64,000 nt of DNA, from NCBI GenBank assembly GCA_964016885.1, contig OZ024743.1, positions 29,946,001-30,010,000 of the forward strand. Direction: 5' to 3'. The notes beneath the pieces were generated by a model. The model worked only from the letters and a program-made list of their open reading frames with translations. It made no database searches and was not told where the DNA came from. Positions 1 through 14,225 of this stretch are shown here, one piece after another. The DNA comes from Eledone cirrhosa. Taxonomy: Eukaryota. The translations under genes were made by a program, and so were the position numbers. Each line of letters starts with the position of its first letter. Position 1 is the first letter of the stretch.

Positions 1-449
1 AAATATATTTTGTTAGAATCAATCTCCATTATGCGTATTTTTATATCTTTTTAAAAATTTGTATATTTTTATGACTGTTTTTGTTTATTAGTCCATAATA
101 TCGCGAGGTTTCACAAGTTTTACTTTCATGTTGAATTTAATCACCAGCTAGTATTTTGCAGAAAATTTATGTGGTGCATTAATGTTATGGTTTAGTTGTG
201 CAAGTCAAAGAATATACAACTGATTTTTATCAGTTTAGAAATACCTCTAAAGAATTGTGGTTGTATGTCACAGGCAAATGCTGTCAGTAATTATATATTG
301 CCGAATATTATTAAATAACTATGGGAGGACAGAGTTCTGTGACAGAAAATAATAACAAACATAACATAAAATATTTCTATACATCATCAGAAAACATTGA
401 TGAATAATACCCAAACAAATACATTACACAGTGAGGAAACACATGAAAA

Positions 450-528
450 ACACACACAACCACATACACACACGCGCACATATATATATATATATGCACA
501 CTCTCATATATATATATATATATGCACA

Positions 529-573
<45 letters not shown>

Positions 574-759
574 GTATACATACAAATATATGTGTGATAG
601 TGGGGTGTGATATTCATGTGTTTCCTCAGTGTATTATCCATTTGTTTTGTGTGTATATATATGTATATACGTATATATATCTATATATATATATATATAT
701 ATATGCATACATACATAAACACATACACACACACATATACACCCGCACACACACCCACA

Positions 760-849
<90 letters not shown>

Positions 850-850
850 T
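450..850. repeat. Compound (TA)n/(CA)n microsatellite
   Basis: Read directly; it accounts for the IY/TH ORFs in the track. Confidence 0.97.
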
Positions 851-1629
851 ATATTCGACTGGGAGGAGTGTGTGAAAGACGGAAAAATTGAGAGAAAGTG
901 ACACATTCACTTAGAAACATTCACTAATCAAATAGAAACTTTCGGAAACACAAATTATCGAATACACATATACACATTTTATAGAGAAAGTATGCTTTTC
1001 CCAGTTAAGTATACGTAGGTAGACACGCTCATATGTACGTATATACATACCTATATACATATATATGCCCATATAGGTATAGCATATAGGAGTAATTAGT
1101 AACGTAAGTAATAATTTTATGTTCTGTTCATTTTCTACTCTCGCGTATTCATAACAATCTTGCCATTTCCAATTTGAAATCGAAGTTCTTGGTGATAATC
1201 TTAACCACTTTACTCACAAAACTCACGCCATTTGGTATGGCTACGTTAAAGATTTAACAGTTTTCTTCATTTCTTATTTCCTGTTCAATGCCACAATATC
1301 CTTTAGGCAATTTTCAATTACTCTATCATTCAGAAAGTCATAATCCCAGTATATCGTTGTTTTCCCATTATCCTGCATTACATTAACTTATGTTTTAACC
1401 TTGATATCCTCTGTATATCTTTCAAAGTAATCATGCTTTCTCATTTCCAGAAGATCTCTTCTCTTTGGCTCTTTAATTTAACTCATCCTAACTAATCTTT
1501 TCATCTATATTAATATCCATTTCTTCTGTTGCACTTTACTCTTCGTCACTATTTACCAAACGTTCTACTCCTTACACTCTAATCTACACTGCCGAGACCT
1601 ATACCACCATTCTTTCTCTTCGTGTACAA

Positions 1630-1940
<311 letters not shown>

Positions 1941-3103
1941 GTACGTATCAGTTTAGCGGACGCTTATTATAACGCCCGCTTTGTCCGTTTGTAAACAAAC
2001 TGACAGCCTGAATTTATGCCGTACGGTGTTAAGGCAACCACGTCACCTTTTTTGTTCAACACTGACACAGGAACGATGTACTAGTTTCAAGCTTGTTAGC
2101 TATCATCAGCACCGTATACCCTTCTGCCAGATGGTTGAACGTTCGAAAGTATATACTTTCCTTATCCACTGCAACTGCCTAGCTATTGATTTTAAAATCA
2201 CGTTTAATCTTTTAAAATATGTATCTCTAAACCTTTCTTTCATTTCTGCATGGAAAATATTATCCAGTTCTAAAATCCCCAAATGGATATATCTCCCTTT
2301 TCTCCATGTTTTCCCACAATGGCAGCAGTAACAAGTGTCCTCTTTATTCTATTGAGCACAGAGCATTTGGAAATTCCAAAGTCCATACCAATATGATTGC
2401 TACATGTATGGACTGTTTTATCAAGTAAATTATCTGGTGTTCAGACTTTCCAACCAGTTTGAAGTCCTCCTTAATCAGGAGATGGTTTAGGCATGGTCCT
2501 TTCATTACATTGTTAACGCATTTTAACTTTCCTAGGTGTCGGTGTTATAGATATATATGCTCTGACTGATAGTTAATGGTCAAAATGAATTATCTTTGGA
2601 GATACCCTTTTTAATATCTACTTCTTCAAGGAAGACATTGCTTAAGTACAACTTGGTCTTTACTTTAGCATATTATTCAGAATAAAATTTGCAATATAAA
2701 AAATCAGCAGGTATTCAACAATCCAAGATAGTTGCACCAGAACATATGGTTATGGACTTGATTGTATGATGCTTTTCTTTTACAATGCCACAAGCTTGTC
2801 TTATCGATAACCATATGATCCTTGGTACCTTGATATCTCTTCTTAAATCTTTTTTGTTCTCTTGAGAATTTTCATTCCGACAAAAGAAAAGTATATTCCT
2901 TCTTCATAAATATCCAAGTACGTACCTTCCATATAAAAACTATATTTAGAGTAACTGAGGCAGAAATAATTCTATAGACAGGTTCATTCTAGGGGTGCCA
3001 CTCCTGATTTTTAAGGTTCACCTCAGCTATCAATGCCTATGGGTCGATTTGGCTAAATACCCTGAACACATTATACAGATTGACAGATAAAATGACAAGT
3101 CAA

Positions 3104-3480
3104 TCATATTGGTGGCCTCCCCACAGCCCCGGTGGACAGAATGGAGAAGGCGTTTTCCAGGAGGACGGCAAGGGAGACGCGCTGGAAGAGCCATTGTAAC
3201 TCGCGAGGATCACACCTGCGACTAGCCAGCTCAGAGCCTATGATGGTGAGTTGGGAGGTTTCCCTAGGATCGAGGACACCGGAAGACTCTACTGACAAGG
3301 GCACGACCGCAAACCTGTCGGAGAGCGACCGGTATTTGCAGAGTTTGGCCTCCTCAGCCCGACGTGCAGCAGAACCTGCGTTAGTCGTAGACTGCACCAG
3401 GTTGCGGGTGGAGAAAGTGTCGATGGAAGTGGCATCCCAGACAAGAGGTTTGCCACCGTGAAACGGCAAGATTGTCATAC
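3104..3480 (-). mobile_element. CRE-type non-LTR retrotransposon 3' fragment (restriction-like endonuclease C-terminus)
   Basis: ORF 3104..3493 reads GKPLVWDAT..DTF...GSAARRAEEAKLCKY..L...VPLSVESSG...LFQRVSLAV..ENA, the typical CRE/RLE C-terminal pattern; GC-richer than its flanks. Confidence 0.8.
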
Positions 3481-4391
3481 ATTGTTCAGGCATGCTATAT
3501 TGCCGTAGTTTCCCAGAACATTACACCTTACATTAAAAGCGTTTCCTTCCCGTTACAATCCTAGAGGGAACTTCAACTCACTTAACACATACATTAAATT
3601 GTGTTGCCAGCCGTTCATGAACCGCATTGCATCTCTTGAATCATGAGCTAAGGATTCTATCTGGACCGGTAATTATCCAATTTGGTATGTTGCCCACCTG
3701 ATGCTTCACATCAACTGTGCCTATAGCAATATCATTTTGTATATTTCCTGCTCGCAATTCTGTCTTGGTTTCTCCCCCCCCCCCAGCATTCCTATGCATC
3801 ACTGTTTCCCCATATCCCATTTCAGAACTTCTTTGCCTGGTCTCCATTATGAACAACATCCTTCCCATTGTCTCCTTTCAAAGTACGTAAGAATTGTTTC
3901 GATTATTTTGTTTACATATCTTAGCTTCTGGCTTTTCAACAAAATACCTTTCTTTTAACAGTTCCATTACCGTTCAGAATCCCTTGTTCCGTAGTTTATA
4001 TTTTTTGTCTAATAACTCTCGATCAGTCTTTTTCCAACTTTTCATTTTCCTCTAAAACATTGCTCAATTTTACGTAAACCTTGGCTTAACCAACTGATGT
4101 CATTTTCAACGTGTCGTTTCCTCCATGGAACCTTTGCCTTCATCTGCTTTGTTTTGTTAGTTATAATTTCTCCTCAACAATTAGTGCTGTAACTGGATAG
4201 GTTTTCTTGTTTGCGTTGTGTCCTGCGTCTGGATATGTGGTATGACAGCAAAATTCTTTTTTTTTATTTATTTCATCATTCTTCTATCTATCTTTCTCAT
4301 AGACATCGGGATGTTTTATCTGGGTGCATTCATCAAATATATAAACGGTCATTGAAATTCAAGCTATTCCGCAACCAATTAGATCCTTTCC

Positions 4392-4766
4392 CTACCTCAG
4401 TTACCCACCCGTTCTTCTTAATCACCCCTACTTCATTCATTAGTTTACTTTCCGACATTGAAAATATGTCATTTTTCATACAAAAACCCAATGTACCAGA
4501 TGTACCAGATGTCAATCCACAATCTCCTTCCTCGCCAACCCTAACAGTACCATCATAATTTACATGTTCCTGTAGTTTATGTTTCTGAACGTCTTCAGTT
4601 TCTACTCTAACCTCCATCTGTTGCTAGCTGAAGGTTAACTTTAACGTTCACTAACCCGAAATATTTCTACCTCAGTTACCCACCCGTTCTTCTTAATCAC
4701 CCTTACTTCATTCATTAGTTTACTTTCCGACATTGAAAATATGTCATTTTTCATACAAAAACCCAA
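4392..4766 (+). mobile_element. Retrozyme-like unit: 100-bp direct repeats (period 275) with a degenerate hammerhead at the junction
   Basis: 4392-4491 repeats at 4667-4766; tag-CTGAAG-gtta..taacc-c-GAAA-tattt-cta at 4625-4669. Confidence 0.5.
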
Positions 4767-4799
4767 GTACATCACCCTACTCAACAACAATTTTGCCTT

Positions 4800-6420
4800 T
4801 CATGACATTCACTGAGTGTAGCGTACTCATTATTTGCCAACTTGCGTCTACCTGTACGCACAATTGTTTTGTGTACTCTATTGCATGGTAGCAACTGTCT
4901 GGGACCAGATCACTCCCCTTGTATAGATGAAGGCGACATCGTACCTTTCTATCATTTACGAAGTGTCTGCCTCATCTTTCGCAGCTCTATTTCTTGCCAT
5001 TCCTGATGGTTAATAACATTAACACATTCGAGTTCTCTATTAAATCATTCAGCTTCGTTATATTGCTCTATATAAGTTTACAGAACTGTCGTACCTCGTT
5101 CATATTAGAGGGTTCCTTAATTTCAACAAGGTGTTTCCCTATTAACCAGTAAAAACTCTGCGTCAGTTTGAAAGGTTTTGTTTTGTTTGCAGTACTTGCC
5201 TCTCTTATGGTCTAGCTCACTGCTTTAATATGAATCTGTTGTTTCAGAGTATCTCTTCATGTGATCTTATACTTTCTTTTAACTTTTCTTCCTTTTCTAG
5301 TCTTTACGTTTACAATGGCTAGCTCTTCGACTATTGACATTTCGCTTTTCGGGTTATCTATTTGTTTCTGTATATCTTTTTCCATTTAGGTTGCTTATGG
5401 ACATGTCTGCTTTTCTTTTTCTTTATTTTGAGACCAATTTTGCAGTTGAGAGCTTTAGCTGTAGAGTGTATGAGGTTTTTAAGAGAGGTCAAATCGTTTT
5501 TAGTTTCTACTAAATCTCCTTGTTGATCTTATGTGTATCTTCTTTTCGTATTTGTCCTGAATTTTAGGGAGTTTGTCTCTGTCATTCATTTCTGTACATA
5601 AGGTTTTACTCAATTCTCTGACACTATCTTCTGTGGCTTCTGCAATGTCTTGTACATTACCTTCTAGAACCCTATGGACGTTTTCATTATCTCCAGTAGC
5701 CGGTTGCCTATTTTCTTCAATGTTTCCATTCCGTCCGATTTCGTCAATCTTCTCGTTGACCTCTGTTATCTCCAATTGTTATTGTCGGTCTCCTAATGTT
5801 AGGCTGTATTGGTATTTCTGGTTTCCCGTTATTACATTGTGTTCATATCTGTTGTAATTCAATTAATGTCAATTTGTTTTCTTTTACAATGTATCTACGT
5901 GTGTTACCTAGTTTATTGTCAACTATGTAAGGGTGAATGTTTCCACCGAACAGTTTTTTCCATTCAGTGTATGTTTGTTTAATGTCGAAACTTGTTTATA
6001 TTCCACCTTAGTCCATTTTCGTTTTGTTTTCCCATTTCAAGTGAAGTTTGTTAATGTTTGTTCTACTGGTTCAAGATTGGAGATTTCCAGGTTCTGGTGA
6101 CTTGCTGAACTGTTAGATAGGAAGGTTGCTGGAGTTGTTAACTTTTCGATCACAGTCTATTGCATCACTGAGAGACGCGACCTTGCGAAACTGCGTGATG
6201 GATGATGCAGTATAATTTAGGGGGTTTATGCATTTTGCACTTATGAATTCCCTTTTATCCTTACTGGTAAGTGACATACATTCATGTCCGAAACTAGACA
6301 AGTTTTCTTAAAGAAGCTTAGGGTGTCCTCTCTAGATTCATTGAGCTGATCTTATCTGAGCTCGCTACCATCCCAGTATTTCGAAACCCCGCAGAGATAA
6401 AAAAAATAATGCAAGTCTCT
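4800..6420 (-). mobile_element. Decayed 5' portion of a second R4/Dong-type element
   Basis: Minus-strand QNKTFQTDA..FY-like motif (~5170), charged N-terminal ORF remnant 5500..5775; begins next to an AAT-rich tract at ~6430. Confidence 0.5.
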
Positions 6421-6445
6421 ACACTTATGTGATTATTATCATTAT

Positions 6446-7986
6446 GAATAAACAAATAAATCATTATTACGATTATCACCATTAAATGAATTATTATTTA
6501 GATGTTTCCAGTGCTGTGTTAATATTTGCTTTTGTTGTAGTAGTGATAGTGGCTGTTGAGTTTCTGCAGTTGTTGTTACTAGACTAATCATAGCTAGCGT
6601 ATTTAGTAGTAGTAGCTTTAGTTTCTTCACTTTTTGTTATACTGTTTAGCGGGAGCTTTTCAAATACGTCTGTAGATGTAATATGGTGTGGTGGTGGTAA
6701 TGGAGAAGTGATGGAGGTGGTAAGGGGTAGTGGTGGAGTTAGTGATGGAGTAGTGATGCTGGAGGTGATGAGGTAGCGGTCGAACTAACGAGGAGGTTTT
6801 TCTGTTTGTCTGGGCTAAATTGTGTAGCCATAACAGCTGGGCGTTGTTGTCGGGTTTGTTTTTGTCTGTGCTATGTTCTGTACGCATACGGCTTGCTACT
6901 AACATCTAGTAGACAGATTGACATCTGACTTCCGCTTTCTCCTCAAAATTTAAACTAACCATTTGGAAATTTTCGTGATTGGGAAGTTATTATTGCGTTT
7001 TTTATGACTTTCCGTGTGTTAGTGGTATTGGTGGTGGTGGTGGTGAGAGTGGTAGCCTTAGCATTAGTTTGGGTGTTCTATTCAGTGAAAGCGGAGGGAG
7101 AGTTTTCCTTGATTTGTAAATTTTTTTGAGGAGGGAAGGTGGGGAGGTGCAAATTTAAAAGTCCATGCTCACCATGCGATCGGTGGAAACTCCATCTTAG
7201 CTTCCTAGAAAGATTTAGTGGCAGGTAAAAACGACGGCCTTCTTGGCAAGACTCTGGGAAAATCAACTTTTCCTGATGATGTATACATTTAAGAAATCCC
7301 TGATCTAAGAGGGCTACTGAGGAGTTTTGCCATTTCGAAATAAACTCTACAGGCAGGGAAGTGCAGTCAGTCCGGGCTGTCCAAGATGCGCAGAGAGCAA
7401 CGAAACCATCCAGTACGCACTCAACGAGTGTCCGTGTATTGTTGACCCGTGGGCTTCTGTCGAAAACCTGCTATCAGTTGTAGGATGGATTCGACTATCA
7501 AAAGCGTCTATTATGAAGATCGCATCACTACCCTCCTTTAGAGGGGAAGTACAAGCAGCTTTTATCTGCCTGGTGTCCATAGTGAAATGGTCCCGTTGTG
7601 GACTCCAGGTTTCGATTGGAGCAAAATATCATGGGGGATAGGGAAAGGTTGCCTTCCAACCAATTTGTTGAATGTGGGTGAGAGAGGTGAGCATGGCCCG
7701 TGTGAATTGGCATTTCTCTGAGTATGCACCTGTAAATTGAAGGAGACCCCCTGAGATAGGGAACTTGCCCTAGCGGTCAAGGCTAACGTGGCTTTTCTCC
7801 ATGAATGAGATTCGGAAGTATCCTCACTTTGGGGGAATTTGCTATGTTTTATTCTTAAATGTTTATTTTAAAATCTTCTTTATAAACCTTTAACCCACAC
7901 AAAAAATCACACACTATGCCGTTCTATACCGTCCTTATTCTCCTCTTAATGAAAGCTCTGTAGTGGCTAATAAATAAACCATTATT
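6446..7986 (+). mobile_element. Tx1-like LINE fragment: ORF2 3' end on + (7270-7980) with an inverted ORF1-like segment (6446-7266)
   Basis: LPFRNKLYRQG..CPRC..ET..YAL.EC matches the C-terminus of the array copies; ends gtggctaataaa then (ATT)n; 14-bp direct repeat attattatcattat at 6432-6445 and 7987-8000. Confidence 0.7.
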
Positions 7987-7999
7987 ATTATTATCATTA

Positions 8000-8440
8000 T
8001 CGCTGTCACGTAATGCAAATGGATAATACACCGGAGTAATTAGTCATCTGTCAAGTCCCAACGAGGACCTCCGACTGATAATACTTTTCTCAAAATGTGC
8101 GCAGTACCTAGCAAAGCCTAACATGTTTGGTGTTCCCAGTTGCTTTATGATTTCGAAGTTTCAATGGGTTTTTCCCTAATGCTCTCATCACCACTGCTAT
8201 CAATTTCATTACCCTCATGCATTTCAAATAGACTTGCATGGTCCACTGTCATTCCAGAGTACTTGGTGATTTTTTTCCATCTCGTTTCTCGCAACATTCG
8301 GGTCATGGCCACGTCGATGCTCAATTACTTTGTCAGTTTGAAAATCATAATCCCAGAATATCGTTGATTTTCAATCCTCCTGCATTTCATTACAAGGCAC
8401 ATGCTCAAGTGAATTCTCTACACATCATATAGGTATTTAC
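8000..8440 (-). mobile_element. R4/Dong-type element 3' end (RLE domain) with (TAA)n tail
   Basis: Minus strand: TIFWDYDFQTDKVIEHRR, KITKY, ALLGTAHILRKVLS, then ataatgataataataataat. Confidence 0.85.
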
Positions 8441-8849
8441 GACACAGAAGGCATGGAAAGCTGATGAGGGTGAAGATGTTATCTCGTACATCACTTTTAT
8501 TTTTCTCGTGTCACTTCTATGTGCCAGTGTGCTTCACCTTGTCTCCTCCTGTTTCAGTCTTTTCTATATTTCATCAGCCCGTCAACCACCTTGTGATTCA
8601 TTTCTCTGTTGACCACTGGTCGCTGGTCACTGTCTGGTGAGTCATTTAGCTCATCGCTGTTTTGACAACATTTAGCGGCTGCTCTAGTATGAGCTTTCTC
8701 CATTTATAACTTTATATTATTTATTTATGTTCATACAAGGAATAAAAGGGCTATCTAATGTTTCAAGACCCACTATTGACTATATCTCCAGAAAGAAAGA
8801 GGAATATCATTTGTGAATAATCTTCAAGTAATGCGCGCTAAAAACATAT

Positions 8850-8898
8850 CTACATATATATGTATGTATACACACACACACAAACACGCACACACACA

Positions 8899-8953
<55 letters not shown>

Positions 8954-8972
8954 TTATATATATATATGTGTA

Positions 8973-9015
<43 letters not shown>
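8850..9015. repeat. (CA)n/(TA)n/(GT)n microsatellite
   Basis: Read directly. Confidence 0.95.
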
Positions 9016-9360
9016 GTCTGTGTTGGTGAGTGTGCGTGCTGAAAAATCGATATAATAGGCTATATTCAAAGGGCCGTGATATTGACAGAAACTTCTAGAA
9101 CATTACGATGCCACCATGTGCGCATGCATTCACCTCGCTTTCCTGATACGAACTACCAATAAAGACAAAAAATTAAATGTTTGATACTAAGAGAAGCGTA
9201 TAAAAACGGAATGCTTCTCGAATTTCAACAGCTTTGATCTTAGCATATAAAGAAATATAAACAGAGTAAATTCAATATTATTCTTATTCCTCCCAGTCTC
9301 ACGCTAACACCGTCTCGTCCTTTTTTGTCTCTCTATTACAGACTATTATTTAAAAACATA

Positions 9361-9545
9361 CGGTGGATTGGCAGTATCAGTAGAGGGTCGGACGCCATGC
9401 TTTCCAGCATAGTTACGTCCCTTTACGATCTGAGTTCAAATCCCGCCGAGGTTGACTTTGCCTTTCATCCTTACGGGGTCGATAAAATAAAGTACCAGTA
9501 ATGCACTGGGTAATTGCTGGCCTTGTGCCTAAAGTAGAAACAATT
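9361..9545 (+). mobile_element. tRNA-headed SINE with Nin/Deu-type core, full length
   Basis: B-box gagttcaaatcc; core gcctttcatccttacggggtcgataaaataaagtaccag; 16-bp TSD attatttaaaaacata at 9345-9360 and 9543-9558. Confidence 0.9.
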
Positions 9546-9847
9546 ATTTAAAAACATATCACTGATTTCCCCCGATCTATCTCCTATTTTGTGTCTCTTT
9601 ATGTAATGTAGAGCTCCTACTAAAAATTTGAATATAATACAATAACTTGACTGTCACTTACTCCATACTGATGACGCACAATGACAAAAAAGCAGGTGTT
9701 TACGGAAAAAGAATCAAATATGGAATTAAATTTAAACATAACATCTTGACTGAGTTGGCTCTCCTTTCTTTCAAATATGTATACCTAATCAGTGATCGCA
9801 TATATATATATATTAGTCTGTGCTTATGCATATCTGCTTGCGAAATA

Positions 9848-9904
<57 letters not shown>

Positions 9905-9905
9905 G

Positions 9906-9941
<36 letters not shown>

Positions 9942-10719
9942 ATAAGTATGTTCGTATATCCTGTATTATTTCTTTACATATATGAATTTCAAGTATACTT
10001 CAACTTTAATATATTATTGAACAAGCAACCGATCTAAGTACGCTAAATATGCAAATTGCTACATCTCGTTTGCTGTTCTTGTCATATTCGATGATTTTAC
10101 AAAGCCTGTATTCTTCTTTGGATAGTGAAAAATGTAGATAACTTCTGAAGATAGGACCAACCCTAACCGATTGCCGCATAAAGATGTTTAACCTTTTCAA
10201 CTAACAGAGAGAGGCTTAGATAATTATATTTATATAATGTTTGATCTCCAACTCAAATGCGTATAACAATTGGAGAAATATCTAATTTCCGGCCCATGGA
10301 GACGGAAAAAAAGGGTTAGGTTGCTTTTGTTGAATGAATCTCGTGTAGGGCAACTACATTAACCACCTCCACAAATAGTTGGTGACAAAAATTCCTGCAG
10401 ATTGAAGTGTAAAGAACTGCTTGTTTTAAGAGTCAGTGGGAATGTTTGCAATGTGAAATATGTATGTCCAAACGCAAATGACCATAATAGTGGTATATCT
10501 CCACCAAGCATGGTTTATAATATCGCGTAAATTACTCCTGGAGACCTTAACAGGTCACTAATTCCATAGTTTTTGAAGATCCCAAAATATATTGTTTGTG
10601 GAAATGTTTTCATTCTTCATAGCTTGGAAAATGGAGTGTTTTTAAGGACTAGAGTTTGTTATAATACACTGTTCACCACTTCCTCAATTTACTCGGTCAT
10701 ATTCTAACATTCGAAACTA

Positions 10720-10878
10720 ACCGGTAGAGCTTCAGACGCTATCCTCTGCACCATAGAGTTACGGCTCTTTATGGGATGAGTTCAAATCCCACCGAGGTTA
10801 ACTTTGCCTTTCATCCTTACGGGGTCGATAAAATAAAATACCAGTAATGCACTGGGATAATAAAAGTAGAAACAATTA
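10720..10878 (+). mobile_element. SINE, same family (internally deleted)
   Basis: B-box and core match 9361-9545. Confidence 0.85.
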
Positions 10879-11980
10879 ATATTTCTCCTTACTGAGGGAA
10901 ACATTAGCTTTCTTCAAATCGCTCCCTGGAGCGAAAAATATGTACTACATAGAAAATATGTTTTATTGATTTTACTTCCAGACAGGGAGGTTCAAAGAAG
11001 TATTAGATAGTCTAGCCATATAAACTTTACACGAAAGAAAAGAAATATATTATTTTTTAAAACAAATGCCATTTCCTTTTCAGGTTTTGTACTCAAAGTC
11101 AAATATGCTTGAAAACCTCGAGCCATTCGAACGTATGAATTAAATATTACTTAAAAGAAAAAGACACACCCCACAAACAATGCAATATAAAAAAAATAAT
11201 AGTAATTAAATTGGAAACATAAAATATCAATACTGAAAAGGAAAATAAATCAATAATATATTAACAGCACCCCCCCCCCCCAAAAAAAAAAGAGGATTTC
11301 GATAATAACGAAAACAAGAACAATAAAACTTTGTACCAACGGTATCTTTGTTAATATAGTAAATAACAGTATATAAACACTATTCATTTCCCATGAACAA
11401 ATACCTTTAGAAATGCAGCATTAGTCAGACTTACATAATTGAGATTGAAAAGAAAAGAAATCATCTATAAATATCGTTTAAAATTGTATTGGGCTTTCAT
11501 AAGAATCAGTGAAAGAAGCCCTAACTGGTGTATGTAAAAGGTTTGTGCACCACTTTTGAAAGGGATTGATAGCTTTATATTTTCCTCCACATATATAAGC
11601 AGTTGATAATTACCCTATATTCTGAGATTTTATTGCATGCAGTCAATTTATTTGGATAAAACCAAATAAATATCGATTTTCTCTAGCCGAAAAATGACAC
11701 TGAATTCGAAAGAAGACAACAATTTAGACTCGTAGATGTTATCGTAAATTGTATCACAACATCATAAATGTCTGAATATTAAAGATACGTTGTTGTCAAT
11801 AAGGTTTTAATGTTTGAACCATTAACTTCATATTTGATGTTTTCAATGATATTTTTCACATCCATGGACGAGTTTAATATTCCAAAACACCTCTATTTTA
11901 GGTTCATAACATGTTTACAATTTATCTTTCTTCAATTTAACACAGACCCGCACATTACACACACACGCACACACACACAT

Positions 11981-12016
<36 letters not shown>

Positions 12017-12032
12017 GCATACATACTTATGA

Positions 12033-12063
<31 letters not shown>

Positions 12064-12104
12064 CATGCATACATATGTGTGTATATATATATACATATAT
12101 ATAT

Positions 12105-12535
12105 GTCTGGTCGTCGGCGACTAAACCTGCAACCCCACAAGTTTACTTGGTGAGGAGAGTGATTTTGGACACCATGCAGGACAAAAAACAAAACCTGACA
12201 AAGAGCGGAAGAACTCATAAGTGTCAACGGCCATTCGAAAGTGTGTAAATATGTAAATACACATGTACCGTGTGGTTAAACAACTGGGAGTGAAGGACCA
12301 TTAGCCTTTGTGAGGGCATTCTTCTAGGAGAAAGCAACTCAGGAAACTGGGATAACTCCGATATAAAATCTGCAGCTCAGTAGTTACCGATGATGTTGAT
12401 CTTTTCTTCTTTTCAGGTTATAGCTACCGTCGCTCAAAGAGTGGGATTGGCTCAGTGCACAGTCTTTCCGCACTTTAACAAATATATTCACGCACAGGCA
12501 TTGCAGGATATAATTAATTAATAATTATTAATAAT
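12105..12535 (+). mobile_element. Possible non-autonomous RTE-derived element with AAT-rich tail
   Basis: ggcgactaaacc start and cacgcacaggc end resemble RTE 5'UTR-derived repeats as recalled; tail taattaattaataattattaataat. Confidence 0.3.
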
Positions 12536-12579
12536 GGTACATCATGCAATGGCCATACTAGATAACGAGGGGGAAGCTA

Positions 12580-12685
<106 letters not shown>

Positions 12686-13100
12686 TTGTGTGTGGGGGGG
12701 GGGGGGTGCAGATTATGTAATGACGAGAAATGCCGTATATTGAATATTGAATATCTCCTCAACAAAGATAGGCCGCTGAATACGTACCTGGATATCTTCT
12801 CACGATGCCCCAATCGACTAAAAACACGGTAAAGAACCCCCTTAACAATTTTTTCCTAGAATATCCCCTATCAATTTTCTTGCCGTTTTTAGCTATTATT
12901 GCCATTGAGATAATAAACATAACATCTACAAATGTTGAAGTTGTTCTCCTCAAACCAAAAAATGAAAAATATCATGTCTATACTACTCTGTGTTGTCAAT
13001 TTATTACCTCCACATTTGGTCACTCTATCATATTTCCTTTAACTAAAAAATGTCCGGTTTAAATCAACCAGCACTGTTTGATAAAGTGGACGAAACCTTA

Positions 13101-13147
<47 letters not shown>

Positions 13148-13309
13148 GCGCAGTCGTATGAATGTGCCCGGGAATGTTGTAGTGATAGAGAAAGTGCGCA
13201 TATGTACGTGTTAGTGTTTGCATCTTTAAAATGTAAATAATTAATAGTACTTTATAATCCTCTTACTCTATCTCCCCCTCCCCTCTCTTTCTCTCTCTCT
13301 CTGTCGCAT

Positions 13310-13340
<31 letters not shown>

Positions 13341-13974
13341 ATATATTAGTGCACTAGATACTCTGTGAGAGAGATGGAGAGAGCGAGAGTGAGACAAAGA
13401 AATGAGAGATGTTTGGAAGATTTACTTGTTAATTCCATATTGCAGCAAACATGATTTCATAACAGAATTACATTATAAACTTCCAAATTCACTCAATTGT
13501 AATCTCAATGTCACCAAAGAGAAGCTCTAAAGCTGGACAGAATTGAGCCTGAAGCATGTGTTATTTAGTGGCTGAAAGTCAAATAACCTCCTTTGACATA
13601 GAAGAGATTTGAGCCGAATCTGACGATGGTGAATCTCTGGGAAACACGAGAATCGTGACATATAAAGTAGATTAACAAGTTCTTGTCGCATTTTTCTGTT
13701 TTATTAATAAGTTAACTGAAATTTTTTTCCCGTGGCAGGTACTAAATTATCGATCTATTTTGCTGTCTATGACTTGCACGTTTTCTGTCAAATATTTAGT
13801 TATATTTTCTACAACAAACATAATACTTTGCAAAAGTATACAAGTTGTTATTTGGCTCCAACATAACACTGCTCGTGTCAAAATTATCATAAAATTCAAT
13901 CCTCTCATGACTATATCGTCTTTGTATATAGCATAAAGGATAAGGATAAAGATCCTATAATTCCTTGTGGAGTC

Positions 13975-14225
13975 GTAGAGGCACCGTCTAGGGCACTTTT
14001 AATCCTGGCGAAGCCCAACCCTCTCTAGGTCTGAACACAGCCGATATTTTTCTATAGAGGAAGAATCGATCCGAGTATTGGATTGCTACTTTTTTATGGA
14101 CTTTGAAAGGATTAAAGGCAAAGGTGATCACGACGCGTTTTGAAATCAGAGCGCGCAATGAGGTGGAACGTATAGCGTAAAGCACTCTATCCGACGTCTT
14201 AATGATTCTGGCAGTTCGCCGCCTT
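13975..14225 (-). mobile_element. Diverged SINE, long-tail subfamily
   Basis: Degenerate core and tRNA-like head; 3' tail shared with 26915-27212. Confidence 0.7.

Noticed and set aside
7272-7300. CTGATGA..GAAA string
   Set aside because: Lies in decayed LINE coding sequence (PMDNFQKS region) with no supporting stems
9361-9450. tRNA gene call from A/B-box-like motifs
   Set aside because: No cloverleaf; it is the SINE head
13620-13662. CTGACGA..GAAA-cacga gaa tcgtg hammerhead-like string
   Set aside because: No stem II pairing and no UH after stem III
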